Shown one piece after another: positions 37,007 to 47,035 of a stretch of 64,000 nucleotides of DNA. The DNA is from Candidatus Staskawiczbacteria bacterium RIFOXYB1_FULL_37_44 (GTDB lineage Bacteria > Patescibacteriota > Minisyncoccia > Minisyncoccales > Staskawiczbacteraceae). Location: NCBI GenBank assembly GCA_001822065.1, contig MHPJ01000026.1:5281-69280 (forward strand). The letters run 5' to 3'. The notes under the pieces were generated by a model. That model searched no databases and was not told the origin of the DNA. It saw only the letters and a program-made list of their open reading frames with translations. How positions within the stretch are numbered: the first letter of the stretch is position 1; every line of letters begins with the position of its first letter. The translations under genes were made by a program, and so were the position numbers.

Positions 37007-37479
37007 TTACACTGAAATGCAACTTTTGCAGTTAATGTTTGTTCGCTGTTCAAGGGAAACCTCATAAGCTGACCTGTATCCGGGCGATTTTCTGTATTTG
37101 TTATTGAGTATGAAAAGGTGTTCCTGAAACTCTTCCTCTGTCACGTTTTTTAGATCGGTTTTCTTCGGTAAAAACCATCGTCTCTCCAATCCTTAGAATT
37201 TCCAGAATTTTTTTGGTTAATACTGCAGTTCGATTCATAAAAACCACCAGGGTTTCGTAGGAACACTTCAAGGATTTTTTAAAATCATCGTACACGGACT
37301 TTATCGCAAGCGCGAGTGCTGGTGTGCCGATAAACTGCGAGTGTTAGAGAATCGAGTTTTGAGATCTTGCGCGGTCGACCCGTTGGAGCCGGCAAGATAT
37401 TAAGATTGAATTTTTTAACTAATTGAGTGATAATTTGTTTAAGATTGTCGTAAATCGTCAATTTCATAATCTTATACAA
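37007..37479 (-). pseudogene. degraded transposase remnants (IS N-terminal fragments in three frames)
   Basis: Short ORFs with transposase-like N-terminal text (..LPAPTGRPRKISKLDSLTLAVYRH.. / ..KKILEILRIGETMVFTEENRSKK..) broken by frameshifts. Confidence 0.35.
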
Positions 37480-37754
37480 AAAGCGCCTTACGGTGCTATT
37501 TGTATTTTACCAGATTTTCAAATTTTAGAGAATTGGGTGAGTTTCGTAATTCAGAGCAAAGGAGAGCCCTTCCAAGTGTAAGGGGGCAGCTGAGTTCATG
37601 AAAACATAGAGTTGCAAGTTAAAAATATTTGGCTAAGAATATTTACAGTAGAAAAAATAATGCTGGGAATTGTAATATTTTTCCTATTAATAATTTCTAT
37701 TGCTCTGTTTTATTTAATTTTCAAAAAAAGCAATAATCAAATAATAATAAAAAA

Positions 37755-38108
37755 ATGCAAAAAATAAGGCTGGCTGTAATTATTTTAATAACGCTTTTGG
37801 CCGCATCAAATATTTTCATTGCCGCTCAATATGTTTTATCTCAAATTGAATTAAATCGCGTAAACGGGCAGCTGCAAGTTCAACAAGTCAACCAAAAATC
37901 TTTATCTTTTGCAAAGATTTTTGTTGATAAATTTTTGCTGGGACAAGGGACTGTCGGCTTTGAAGACAGGCTAAAATTAGAAAACGCGGTTAGAGAAATA
38001 AATGACCCTGAAATTTTCAGCCAGTGGCAAAAATTCACTGCAAGCCAGACGACCATCAGGCGCAAATATCCGCCGGAGAGCTTTTTAATCTTTTACTTGA
38101 AAGATTAG
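37755..38108 (+). CDS. hypothetical membrane-anchored protein
   Basis: 117-aa ORF with N-terminal TM. Confidence 0.3.
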   Translation: MQKIRLAVIILITLLAASNIFIAAQYVLSQIELNRVNGQLQVQQVNQKSLSFAKIFVDKFLLGQGTVGFEDRLKLENAVREINDPEIFSQWQKFTASQTTIRRKYPPESFLIFYLKD

Positions 38109-38128
38109 AGAAATAATTAATAAAAAAA

Positions 38129-39175
38129 CTATTGCAAAGAGTTCCAAATTGCAGGATCTTCTTGGCCCAAAACCCAGGCGGAAAATCCCCTGAAATTATT
38201 TTTTTTAACAACATCCAATTTAATATTGAAGCTTCTTTGGTCTTCGTACCAAATTTTGTAATTTTTATTGTTAAAAGAATAAGTAAGCCACGACACCCCC
38301 ATTTTTGCATCAAAATCTTTTAAATGGGAAAAATTTTGCATAGTGTATTCTACCAAACTATAAGACCCGCTGGAAATCCTTTTATAAGGCGTTTGCTGCC
38401 AGCCCCAGTAATAAAAAGGAATTCCCATAGATAATTTTTCAGCGGGAATTTTGTCTTTAACATAAGCCAATACGCGGTCTAAAAACGGTAAAGACGCTGT
38501 TGGACCCAAAGGTTCTGAATCGTCATAGGTCATTAAACTTATAAAATCAACTGCTTTTGCAATTCTGGCATAGTCAAAAACGCCTCCCCAATTTTTAAAA
38601 GCATTTGTATTTTCATAATCTACGCTCCGCGAAACTGCCGCCACGCTCAAAATAAATCCGTTTTTTTTCAAGCCTGCGGCTGCTTTTTCCACAAAAGCCG
38701 AATACAAATCTTTGTCTAAATAACTTATATTTTCAAAATCAAACTGCCAGCCGATATAGTTATTTTTCTTAGCAATGTAAATCAGGCCGGTTATAACAGC
38801 CTGCTGGTCTTTTGGCGAAACAAGTAATTTATGCATTACGCTTTGGGAAAATCCGGCATTTACAATTAAGGGCATCACTTTAAGATTTTTCTCTTTTATG
38901 ACTGCTTTTAAATTATTATCAAACTTGCCGGCGATTTTCATTTTTGAAGTAACTGCAAAAAATTGCGGAGCTAAAATGTCAATTTTGTCCGCATTTTTTA
39001 TAACACTTTCAAGCCCTTTTTTCTCAAAAGCCTCGGACAAATAAAATATTTTTTCCGGATTATAATTTGCAGGTAAACCCGCCTCCGCATCTCGCAATGC
39101 TCGAGCTTCGACGGGGCGCAGTAAAAAAACGCCAGATAATAATATAAGCATTAAAAATATCAGGATTTTTTTCAT
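38129..39175 (-). CDS. secreted glycoside hydrolase family 18-like protein
   Basis: Signal peptide; (beta/alpha)8-type motifs including GWQFDFENI (DxDxE-like). Confidence 0.55.
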   Translation of the reverse strand: MKKILIFLMLILLSGVFLLRPVEARALRDAEAGLPANYNPEKIFYLSEAFEKKGLESVIKNADKIDILAPQFFAVTSKMKIAGKFDNNLKAVIKEKNLKVMPLIVNAGFSQSVMHKLLVSPKDQQAVITGLIYIAKKNNYIGWQFDFENISYLDKDLYSAFVEKAAAGLKKNGFILSVAAVSRSVDYENTNAFKNWGGVFDYARIAKAVDFISLMTYDDSEPLGPTASLPFLDRVLAYVKDKIPAEKLSMGIPFYYWGWQQTPYKRISSGSYSLVEYTMQNFSHLKDFDAKMGVSWLTYSFNNKNYKIWYEDQRSFNIKLDVVKKNNFRGFSAWVLGQEDPAIWNSLQ

Positions 39176-39270
39176 GTAATGGTATTATAGCACCTTTAAA
39201 GATTTCTGCCAGACGATGCCAGCTCACGACAAATCCCAGCGCAAACACCCGAAACAATTTTCTCATAAAT

Positions 39271-39567
39271 TTATTTGACAGGACAGCCACCTGCTTTTAT
39301 ATTTCCCAAACTATCCCAGCTGCCTCCATTATACACTTTTTCAAATCCATCGGCTTTTAAAATTCGTACTGCTTCCTCGCTTCTGCTCCCCGAAGCGCAA
39401 ACAACAACTGCAGGCACATCTTTTATTAGCCAGCTCATCGCCTTGCCAATTTCATCTAACGGAACATTCAGCGAACCTTTAATATGCCCCCCTTTATACT
39501 CTTCCGACGTTCTAACATCAATAATCAGCGCTCCATTTTTAATAATATTTTTCAAATTTTCCTCCAT
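39271..39567 (-). CDS. rhodanese-domain sulfurtransferase
   Basis: IIDVRTSEEY..GHI.GS.N.P and active-site CASGSRS. Confidence 0.75.
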   Translation of the reverse strand: MEENLKNIIKNGALIIDVRTSEEYKGGHIKGSLNVPLDEIGKAMSWLIKDVPAVVVCASGSRSEEAVRILKADGFEKVYNGGSWDSLGNIKAGGCPVK

Positions 39568-39794
39568 AATTTTTATTTTATTTACTTCTTTGATTTATGT
39601 CCTTAAAAGAATACTCCGTATTTCTGCGACCGCATTCTTATGGAGTATCACAATATCTCATGCGGCAATTTTTCCAAACCCAAACCTGTTTAAAGTAAGC
39701 TCAATATCTATAACCATAAATTTATTTTTTAAATTTATTTTATAGGCTCAACGCCGTTGAGCCGATAGATTCTGAAGTAATGGATTCTGAAGTA

Positions 39795-39830
39795 TAGTAA
39801 GTTTTTTGCCTCGAGGCAAAAAACTTACTA
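39795..39830. repeat. family D palindrome TAGTAAGTTTTTTGCCTCGAGGCAAAAAACTTACTA
   Basis: 36-bp perfect palindrome inside a 490-bp noncoding stretch. Confidence 0.85.
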
Positions 39831-40056
39831 TTTTAGTCCTAGCTTTTTAATTAATTTTCCCCGACCATAAATTTATTTTTTACAATATTATTTTTACTAC
39901 CTCTTTTTCACTCTAGTGAAAAACACGTACTATTTTACTCCAACATCTCAACTCCATTAAACTACAGTGCAATAACTGTTCTCGCACTGTGGTTTTTTAA
40001 GTTCTAATAAATGGTAGGCCACCACTTCACCAACCCACATTTTACCAATAGACTGA

Positions 40057-40647
40057 TTATGTGCTACTTATTGTCTTAAATTTTTTTCTTCCATAAATAT
40101 ATCCACAGATAAGCCCACCAACCAGAAAAATAGGGAGAAAAATCCAATAGCTAAAACCAATGAATAAACCACAACCCAAAGGAGATGCATTACAGTTTGT
40201 TATATCGTCTGGCAAAAATTGAAACAAAATGTGCAGTGTTGAAAAAAACAATATGAATAAAAAATATCCTATAATAATACCTTTAAACAAGAATTTCCAA
40301 AGCATAGTTCCCCTTAGAAAATACCATATAATGCCCCAAATTCCTCCGTATATTACCATTGAGACAAAATAATATAAATAATCAGCACTAATTTTTTGGA
40401 TCAGAAAATAAGCTGTTCTCTCATTAAGTAATCTAAGCGGCATAAATATGAAAGGGGTAAAAAAATAAGCAATTGCGTATAAATATTCTCCCGCTATTGC
40501 AAGAATTATATCTATGCGAAAAGTTATGAAATAATATCCAATTGATGGGCCCATTGACTTATAAATAATCTCAAGAAATAAATAGACAGAAGAAAGGAAA
40601 AAACCTCCCAATAATATATATTTTAGTAATTCTTTTAATTTATTCAT
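40057..40647 (-). CDS. hypothetical polytopic membrane protein
   Basis: 196 aa with 5-6 TM segments. Confidence 0.35.
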   Translation of the reverse strand: MNKLKELLKYILLGGFFLSSVYLFLEIIYKSMGPSIGYYFITFRIDIILAIAGEYLYAIAYFFTPFIFMPLRLLNERTAYFLIQKISADYLYYFVSMVIYGGIWGIIWYFLRGTMLWKFLFKGIIIGYFLFILFFSTLHILFQFLPDDITNCNASPLGCGLFIGFSYWIFLPIFLVGGLICGYIYGRKKFKTISST

Positions 40648-40663
40648 AATTTTATAAGGTTTA

Positions 40664-42631
40664 TTAAACTAGAAATGCGACAATAAGTAATGCGACGATG
40701 TTTAAGACTTTGATCATTGGGTTAATTGCCGGGCCGGCAGTGTCTTTGTATGGGTCGCCAACTGTGTCGCCGGTGACTGCGGCGGCGTGGGCAAAAGAAC
40801 CTTTGCCTCCATGCGCTCCGCCCTCAATATATTTTTTTGCATTATCCCAGGCTGCTCCGCCGGTTGTCATTGAAATTCCAATAAATAGTCCTGTAACAAT
40901 TGCGCCAATTAACAGTCCGCCCAATGCCTGAACTCCTAAAAAATAACCAACCAAAACTGGGGCCGCAACCGGAATTAAAGCAGGCAAAAGCATTTCTTTA
41001 ATTGCCGCTTTTGTAACAATGTCCACGCATTTTCCATATTCTGGTTTTGCAGTGCCTTCCATTAAGCCTTTTATGTTTTTAAATTGCCTGCGAACTTCTT
41101 CAACAACCTTTCCGGCTGTTTTACCGACAGCTCCCATTAAAAATGAGGCAAATAAATATGGCAAAAGTCCGCCGATTAAAAGCCCCGCGATAACGCTTGG
41201 ATTGGTCAAAGAAAAACTTTCTTTTATTTGTTCTGAATATGCCGAAAACAAAACCAATGCCGCCAATCCTGCGCTTGCAATTGCATAGCCTTTTGTAACT
41301 GCTTTTGTTGTGTTGCCAACTGCGTCAAGCGCGTCTGTAATTTTTCTGACGTCTTCGGGCATTCCTGCCATTTCCGCAATTCCTCCGGCATTATCTGTAA
41401 TCGGGCCGTAAGCGTCAACTCCCACCACAATTCCAGAAATTGAAAGCATTGCTGTAACAGCAAGGGCTATGCCGTAAATTTCAGCCAGTTGAAAGCTAAT
41501 AATTGTTCCTGCGGCAATTAACAAAACCGGATATGCAGTAGATTGCATTCCCAAACCAATTCCGCGGATAATATTTGTGGCGTGGCCCGTCTCGCTCGCC
41601 TTGGCAATTGATTTTACCGGGCCATAACTTTTTGAAGTATAATATTCTGTAATAACAAACATTCCAACAGCAATTACCAAGCCAACCAATGTTGAAAAAT
41701 ACAAATTGACTGCGGGAATTGCCTGGTTTGCCATTAATTTTACAATTACCGGATAAAATGCAATTGCCGACAAAATAACTGTGGCGGCAACGCCTTTGTA
41801 CATTGCTCCCATAATAGATTGTTTTTTGCCTAATTTCACAAAAAAACTTCCAATTATAGAAGTCAAAATTGAGACTGATCCCAAAATCAAGGGCAATAAA
41901 ACAAAATTTATATTTCTTGGAAACAACAAGGCTCCCAAAAGCATTGTTGCAACAGCTGTTACCGCGTATGTTTCAAAAATATCAGCTGCCATTCCGGCGC
42001 AATCTCCAACATTGTCGCCAACCTGGTCTGCAATTACCGCCGGGTTTCTTGGGTCGTCCTCTGGAATTCCTTTTTCAACTTTTCCCACCAAATCAGCTCC
42101 CACATCGGCGGCTTTTGTGTAAATTCCGCCTCCAATTCTGGCAAAAACAGAAATTAAGCTGGCTCCAAATCCCAAACCAATTAATCCTGAAATTCCAGTC
42201 CATAAATAATATGCGGAAACACTCAAAAGCCCCAAGCTTACCACCATTAGTCCTGTAATCAATCCTCCTTTAAAAGAAATGTCCAAAGCGCGTGCTAAGC
42301 CCTTTTTTGCGCTTTCAGCAACTCTTGTATTGGCTTGCGTTGAAACAATCATTCCAATAAATCCTGAAACTCCGCTCAAAACTGCGCCGATTAAAAATCC
42401 AATGGCTATTTTCCACCCCATAAAAAATAATAAAATAAATAAAACAATTCCAACTAAAGAAATTGTTTTGTACTGCCTTTTCAAATAACTCATTGCGCCC
42501 TCTTGCACAGCAGAGGTAATTTCAATTGCCTTTCCTCCGGCAACAGGAGCTTTCCTGATTTGAGAAGCCATAAACCACACAAACGCAATAGCAAACAACG
42601 AAACTATTATTGGAAAATATATTAAATCCAT
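40664..42631 (-). CDS. hppA: membrane-bound proton- or sodium-translocating pyrophosphatase
   Basis: [13 protein letters not shown] and other H+-PPase signatures, 14-16 TM, 655 aa. Confidence 0.9.
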   Translation of the reverse strand: MDLIYFPIIVSLFAIAFVWFMASQIRKAPVAGGKAIEITSAVQEGAMSYLKRQYKTISLVGIVLFILLFFMGWKIAIGFLIGAVLSGVSGFIGMIVSTQANTRVAESAKKGLARALDISFKGGLITGLMVVSLGLLSVSAYYLWTGISGLIGLGFGASLISVFARIGGGIYTKAADVGADLVGKVEKGIPEDDPRNPAVIADQVGDNVGDCAGMAADIFETYAVTAVATMLLGALLFPRNINFVLLPLILGSVSILTSIIGSFFVKLGKKQSIMGAMYKGVAATVILSAIAFYPVIVKLMANQAIPAVNLYFSTLVGLVIAVGMFVITEYYTSKSYGPVKSIAKASETGHATNIIRGIGLGMQSTAYPVLLIAAGTIISFQLAEIYGIALAVTAMLSISGIVVGVDAYGPITDNAGGIAEMAGMPEDVRKITDALDAVGNTTKAVTKGYAIASAGLAALVLFSAYSEQIKESFSLTNPSVIAGLLIGGLLPYLFASFLMGAVGKTAGKVVEEVRRQFKNIKGLMEGTAKPEYGKCVDIVTKAAIKEMLLPALIPVAAPVLVGYFLGVQALGGLLIGAIVTGLFIGISMTTGGAAWDNAKKYIEGGAHGGKGSFAHAAAVTGDTVGDPYKDTAGPAINPMIKVLNIVALLIVAFLV

Positions 42632-42636
42632 ATATT

Positions 42637-42969
42637 TTATTTTTTAATAATATTACTTTTATTTTTAATTTTTCCGTAGATCAAACCAATAATAGCCCCG
42701 ACGATAAAATAAAAAATTATACTTGAAATCAACAAAATTATTTGAAATGTTTGCAAGCTTATTGGACATATACTTCGGTCACCCATATAGCCGGCCAAAA
42801 AACACTTTATAGAAAGTTCTCGAATCAAAAGAGTTGATGGAAAAAGAATTTCTAAAATTAATAAACTAGAAAATATTGAAAAAAATCTATATATTAAAAA
42901 TGCTATGATTATTAATAAATCTAAAATTATTCCTCCTTTTAGCCAATATGGCCAATTTTTGTAAAACAT
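42637..42969 (-). CDS. small hypothetical membrane protein
   Basis: 110 aa with 3 TM segments; 5 nt downstream of hppA. Confidence 0.3.
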   Translation of the reverse strand: MFYKNWPYWLKGGIILDLLIIIAFLIYRFFSIFSSLLILEILFPSTLLIRELSIKCFLAGYMGDRSICPISLQTFQIILLISSIIFYFIVGAIIGLIYGKIKNKSNIIKK

Positions 42970-43083
42970 ATTTTATTTTCCTATTCTGCCTGCCTCGTCC
43001 AAGCGTGGAGCGCGAAGGCGGGGGAAAATAGGATATTAATTATTTTTATGATTTTACTTAAATTATAATTGTATCCGCAGGTC

Positions 43084-43192
43084 TTGACAAGCGCTCTTAA
43101 TTTGATATATTTATAATAGAGACGGAAGAATCCTGAAATTATGGGTTCTACTCTGTGTGTCAGAGAGAAGTTGCCGAAAGGCGGCTTTTTTC
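43084..43192 (+). ncRNA. candidate small RNA: promoter (TTGACA at 43084), two hairpins, intrinsic terminator GCCGAAAGGCGGC plus T6
   Basis: Roughly 70-nt transcript (gacggaagaatcctg...ctctgtgtgtcagagag...gccgaaaggcggctttttt); also contains a 19-codon micro-ORF MGSTLCVREKLPKGGFFRA. Confidence 0.35.
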
Positions 43193-43230
43193 GTGCATAA
43201 AATATGATATAATTATTGTGGTGGACTTTT

Positions 43231-43304
43231 GGGCTCGTAGTTTCATGGAGTTAAAATTCCGTCTTTGACACACGGAGTAGCGGGTGCAAATCCCGCCGAG
43301 TCCA
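43231..43304 (+). ncRNA. tRNA-like element with G3:U70 acceptor stem, T-arm GCGGG/TGCAAAT/CCCGC and an aberrant 9-nt anticodon loop (CUUUGACAC)
   Basis: Perfect 7-bp acceptor pairing GGGCTCG/CGAGTCC and discriminator A, but the anticodon and D arms are non-canonical and no CCA is encoded. Confidence 0.4.
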
Positions 43305-43318
43305 CCCCAAAGAATCTG

Positions 43319-43534
43319 TCATTTTTTGACGGATTTTTTGTTACTCGGCTTTACTGCCTTAAATTCCATTTCTACTTCATTTCTCTGTTTACAAAACTTA
43401 CAAACAAAATCGTTACCAAATCCAAATTGATATGGCAACCCTATTTCGTAAAACATTTCTTTTTTATTCACAAGGTTGTTTTCCTTTCCGCAATGGGCAC
43501 AATTAAGTTTTTTTATGTAATATGTATCTGTCAT
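43319..43534 (-). CDS. small Cys4 zinc-ribbon protein
   Basis: CAHCGK...CKFCKQ. Confidence 0.3.
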   Translation of the reverse strand: MTDTYYIKKLNCAHCGKENNLVNKKEMFYEIGLPYQFGFGNDFVCKFCKQRNEVEMEFKAVKPSNKKSVKK

Positions 43535-43539
43535 AATTT

Positions 43540-43569
43540 CTGGATTCCCGCTTTTGCGGGAATGACACT
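43540..43569. repeat. family A element (T variant in loop), intergenic
   Basis: TCTGGATTCCCGCTTTTGCGGGAATGACAC. Confidence 0.85.
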
Positions 43570-43625
43570 GTATTATTTACGGTAGCTTTTTACCATAATC
43601 ATGGTAGATTTTCACCATGACAACT

Positions 43626-44843
43626 TTATTCAGATTTTTCTTCGGTTTCTTCTTTTGGCTCTTCTTGCTCTTCCGGTTCTTCCGGAACATCGGCGGTTTT
43701 AATGTCTATTTTCCAGCCGGTGAGTTGGGCGGCCAAACGCACATTTCTGCCGTCTTTGCCAATTGCCAAGCTCAATTGGTCCGCTGGCACAAAAACAGTT
43801 GCCGTATTTTTCTCCTCAACTTTTACTTCAATAACTTTTGCAGGGGCCAAAGCATTGGTAATAAATTTTTCCGGCTTTTCCTCAAAAGAAATTACATCAA
43901 TTTTTTCTCCTCCCAATTCGTTAATTACTGCCATAATGCGAGTTCCTCTTTGGCCAACGCAAGCTCCAATCGGGTCAACGCCTTCTTCATTGGAAACAAC
44001 CGCAATTTTTGTGCGAAAACCCGGCTCTCTGGCAATTGCTTTTATGACAACGGAACCCGAAGCAATTTCAGGGACTTCCAGCTCAAATAATTTTGAAATT
44101 AATTTTGGATAAGCGCGCGACAAAATAATCACCGAGCCTTTTGGGCTGTCTTCAACTTTTAAAATGTAAAGTTTTAAGCGCTGCCCGGGTCTGTAAAATT
44201 CGCCAGGAATTTGCTCTTCTCTGTTTAAAAGCCCTAAAGTTTTTCCAATATCCACAAACACGGTGTGACCTTCAACCCTTTGCACAATTCCCGAAACAAT
44301 TTCTCCTTCTTTTGATTTATATTCCGAAGAAATAACTTCCTTTTCCGCCTCGCGGATTTTTTGCAAAATAACCTGCTTTGCTGTTTGAGCGGCAATTCTG
44401 CCATAATTCTGCTTTGAAACTAAAGAAATTTCAATTTCTTCTCCTGCTTTGGCCTTTGGAAAATCTTTTTTGGCATCTGCCAGCATTATATGTTTTTCTT
44501 CGTTAAAAACATATTTCCTTGCCTCGCCGGAGCCTTCGGCGGAGGCGGGTTCGTCAAAGGGCACTTGCTTGTTGGTCTTCATTTCCTCAAGTTCTTCGTC
44601 GGTGTAAAGCATGCTGTTATCTACAACCAATTTTACTTGCCAAAACTTAACATCGCCCGAAACCGGGTTGAATTTTGCCTTTATTTTCTGGCCTTTTTCT
44701 CCATAGTCTTTTTTGTAGGCCGTGGCGATTGCGGCCTCAATTGTTTCTATTACTTTTTCCGGCTGTATGCCTCTTTCCTCTGCAATTTGAGCCAAAGCCC
44801 TTTGAAATGATTTAATGTCCACTTTTGTGAGCGAGGCGAACAA
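43626..44843 (-). CDS. nusA: transcription termination/antitermination factor NusA
   Basis: N-terminal domain, S1 and KH domains. In-frame family F insert at 44517-44555 (PASAEGSGEAR). Confidence 0.9.
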   Translation of the reverse strand: MFASLTKVDIKSFQRALAQIAEERGIQPEKVIETIEAAIATAYKKDYGEKGQKIKAKFNPVSGDVKFWQVKLVVDNSMLYTDEELEEMKTNKQVPFDEPASAEGSGEARKYVFNEEKHIMLADAKKDFPKAKAGEEIEISLVSKQNYGRIAAQTAKQVILQKIREAEKEVISSEYKSKEGEIVSGIVQRVEGHTVFVDIGKTLGLLNREEQIPGEFYRPGQRLKLYILKVEDSPKGSVIILSRAYPKLISKLFELEVPEIASGSVVIKAIAREPGFRTKIAVVSNEEGVDPIGACVGQRGTRIMAVINELGGEKIDVISFEEKPEKFITNALAPAKVIEVKVEEKNTATVFVPADQLSLAIGKDGRNVRLAAQLTGWKIDIKTADVPEEPEEQEEPKEETEEKSE

Positions 44844-44933
44844 AAGTGCCTCGTGAATTAGGCCAAATAAGATTTATACCTTATGGCCTAATTCGCGCTG
44901 GATACCTTTAATACGCCGCTTTTTATTTTAGAA

Positions 44934-44958
44934 AAAATGCCCGTGTTCAAACGGGCAT
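44934..44958 (-). terminator. hairpin GCCCGTTTGAACACGGGC plus T-run (minus strand)
   Basis: Downstream of the 45024-45983 gene. Confidence 0.5.
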
Positions 44959-45023
44959 AAGTTCATTGCTTGATTATTAAATAATGTTAGCAAAATAAAA
45001 ACCTCTTGTCAAATTTTTTATAA

Positions 45024-45983
45024 TTATTTTGTTTTGTTTAATGGCGGATAAAGCTGTTTGTCAATTGTTCTTTCAAAGCAAACCCTGCCTGCAGCATGAT
45101 CCCAATTTTGGTTATAACTGTCAGGCACGCCGGCAATTGGAAAAGCTCTTTTTGTTATGTCTTTGTTATTTTGTGAAAACTTGTTAAAGTTAGCGCACAA
45201 TTCAAAAGACAAATTAGTTGCATCTTTTACAGAAAATTCATACGGTTGTCTTGTTTGCGGATCTGTTGGAGCTTTAAATCCGGAAATTGCATCGTTTAAA
45301 TCTGCCAGAGAATTGGGCAATGCCTCTTTTCTCTGCCAATAATTTACAATCTGCGACTGAATATTAGATAAATCATTTACTCTTTGTTGGTCAAACTGGG
45401 CCAATCTGACGGAAGTTGGCGAACCAATCACAAAAAATGCCCCAACAACAACCGCTGAAACCAAAACACTGGTTGTCCATGCAAAATATTTTGCCAATTT
45501 TGTGGGGATTTCCCGCCTAACATCATCTAAATAATATCCAAAAATAATTCCAGCCACCAAAATTATTGATAATGCTTTTAAAATAAACCGCACAGTAACC
45601 TCTCCTCCCAAAAAAGCATTAATTACAAAAATTAAGTCCCCAATAATTACCAAAGAAGCAATAAACAAAGTTAGATAAATCAGCCATTTTCTAATTTTAG
45701 ATTCTCTTACAACCGCTTCTTTGGCATAAATTTTATTCAAATACCACGAAACAGCAATAAAAACCGGAAAAACAATTATTATTGCCGAAACATTAAACCT
45801 TATGAGCGACAGCATATAATCTCCCCGATAAGCGTCTAAAGCGTCCGGGGAAAAACTATTTATAAATTGCCACAAAAGCGTGACAAAACTTACCGCGCTC
45901 CAATAAAGCGTGACCACTGCCAATAAGTGCAAAAACAAATCCCTTGGTATATTCCTTTTTATTATTTGATTTTCTTGTTCCAT
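45024..45983 (-). CDS. hypothetical membrane protein with periplasmic C-terminal domain
   Basis: 319 aa, 6 or more TM segments. Confidence 0.4.
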   Translation of the reverse strand: MEQENQIIKRNIPRDLFLHLLAVVTLYWSAVSFVTLLWQFINSFSPDALDAYRGDYMLSLIRFNVSAIIIVFPVFIAVSWYLNKIYAKEAVVRESKIRKWLIYLTLFIASLVIIGDLIFVINAFLGGEVTVRFILKALSIILVAGIIFGYYLDDVRREIPTKLAKYFAWTTSVLVSAVVVGAFFVIGSPTSVRLAQFDQQRVNDLSNIQSQIVNYWQRKEALPNSLADLNDAISGFKAPTDPQTRQPYEFSVKDATNLSFELCANFNKFSQNNKDITKRAFPIAGVPDSYNQNWDHAAGRVCFERTIDKQLYPPLNKTK

Positions 45984-46048
45984 AATTATGAGCTATACAA
46001 AATTTTCACGATCGTAAATTTTATGTATGGCTGAAATTTAATAATATT

Positions 46049-46579
46049 TTATATTCTTTTTACTGTTTTTAAAAATAAAAATGCTATTGCTGCGCCCGCA
46101 ATTGCTGTAGCTAATTGCGGCCAGCTTATCATTAAAAATACGTTTTTGGCGATTCCATGCAAAATAGAATTTGCCAAAATTGTTCCGGCCGAAAAAATAA
46201 AAATATATTTTATTATTGCCGCCGGAATTGCCGCAGCCCAGAAATTGGGGGGTCCGACCCCCCAATTTTTTATTGTTACAAAAACCAAGATTAACAATGC
46301 ATTACCGGTCATTATAAATGGAATCATTGGGGCAATAGCCAAAGGCAAAAGCCCGGTATAAAGCGAAATTAAACTTGGAACTAAGCATAATAAAAAAGCT
46401 GCCTCAATTCCCATAATGCTTGCTGAAATAAAAAGCAAAGCATTTACAATTGACCCCGTAATTAATTGATTTCCAAAATAGGGAGCTACAACCGCAACTG
46501 CTAAAAACCCGCAAAATGCCAAACTTTTTGTCACTATTTTACTAATATTCAGCGAAATAACATTTTCTTGTTCTTCCAT
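46049..46579 (-). CDS. small polytopic membrane protein (possible ECF-type S component or other small transporter)
   Basis: 176 aa with 5-6 TM. Last gene of the NUDIX-NDT operon, 8-nt gap. Confidence 0.35.
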   Translation of the reverse strand: MEEQENVISLNISKIVTKSLAFCGFLAVAVVAPYFGNQLITGSIVNALLFISASIMGIEAAFLLCLVPSLISLYTGLLPLAIAPMIPFIMTGNALLILVFVTIKNWGVGPPNFWAAAIPAAIIKYIFIFSAGTILANSILHGIAKNVFLMISWPQLATAIAGAAIAFLFLKTVKRI

Positions 46580-46587
46580 AAATTTAT

Positions 46588-47031
46588 TTAATTATAAATT
46601 TTATTATTTAAATACGCTTTTATCATTTTCATGCTCGGCGGGAAAACCTTTTCTGGCAGGCTATCTAAATTATACCATTTCCATTCAGTTATTTCCTCTG
46701 GTTCCATTATTTTCGGCTCGCCTTCAAAATTTTCGCACAAAAAACCGATTGTCACATAATGATTATCAGGTACAATTTCGTCTGCGACACTAATTACTTT
46801 TAAATTTTCCGGACTAATTTTAACTCCAATTTCTTCAAGAACTTCTCTACAAGCTCCATCTTTTAAAGTTTCGTGAAAATCAAGTTTACCGCCGGGCATT
46901 GTCCAAGTTCCTTCGCCATGTAAATCACTGCTGGCTTTTTCTGCATCATCATTTCTCTTACCAAGCAAAACTTTATTATCTTTTAAAATCATTATCCCCA
47001 CTCCAACTTTTGCCCTTTGTTTTTCTTCCAT
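46588..47031 (-). CDS. NUDIX hydrolase
   Basis: NUDIX box GGKLDFHETLKDGACREVLEEIGV. Confidence 0.75.
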   Translation of the reverse strand: MEEKQRAKVGVGIMILKDNKVLLGKRNDDAEKASSDLHGEGTWTMPGGKLDFHETLKDGACREVLEEIGVKISPENLKVISVADEIVPDNHYVTIGFLCENFEGEPKIMEPEEITEWKWYNLDSLPEKVFPPSMKMIKAYLNNKIYN

Positions 47032-47035
47032 AATT

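Noticed and set aside
43221-43306. Alternative 86-nt fold of the tRNA-like element using GGTGGAC/GTCCACC as acceptor stem
   Set aside because: It leaves three unpaired nucleotides between the T-stem and acceptor strand, which is incompatible with tRNA geometry. The 74-nt fold with GGGCTCG/CGAGTCC is preferred.
43084-43310. Interpretation of the sRNA plus tRNA-like region as a two-piece or second tmRNA
   Set aside because: The tRNA-like domain is contiguous (5' and 3' acceptor strands only 66 nt apart), and a convincing one-piece tmRNA with tag frame exists next to smpB at 36131-36479.
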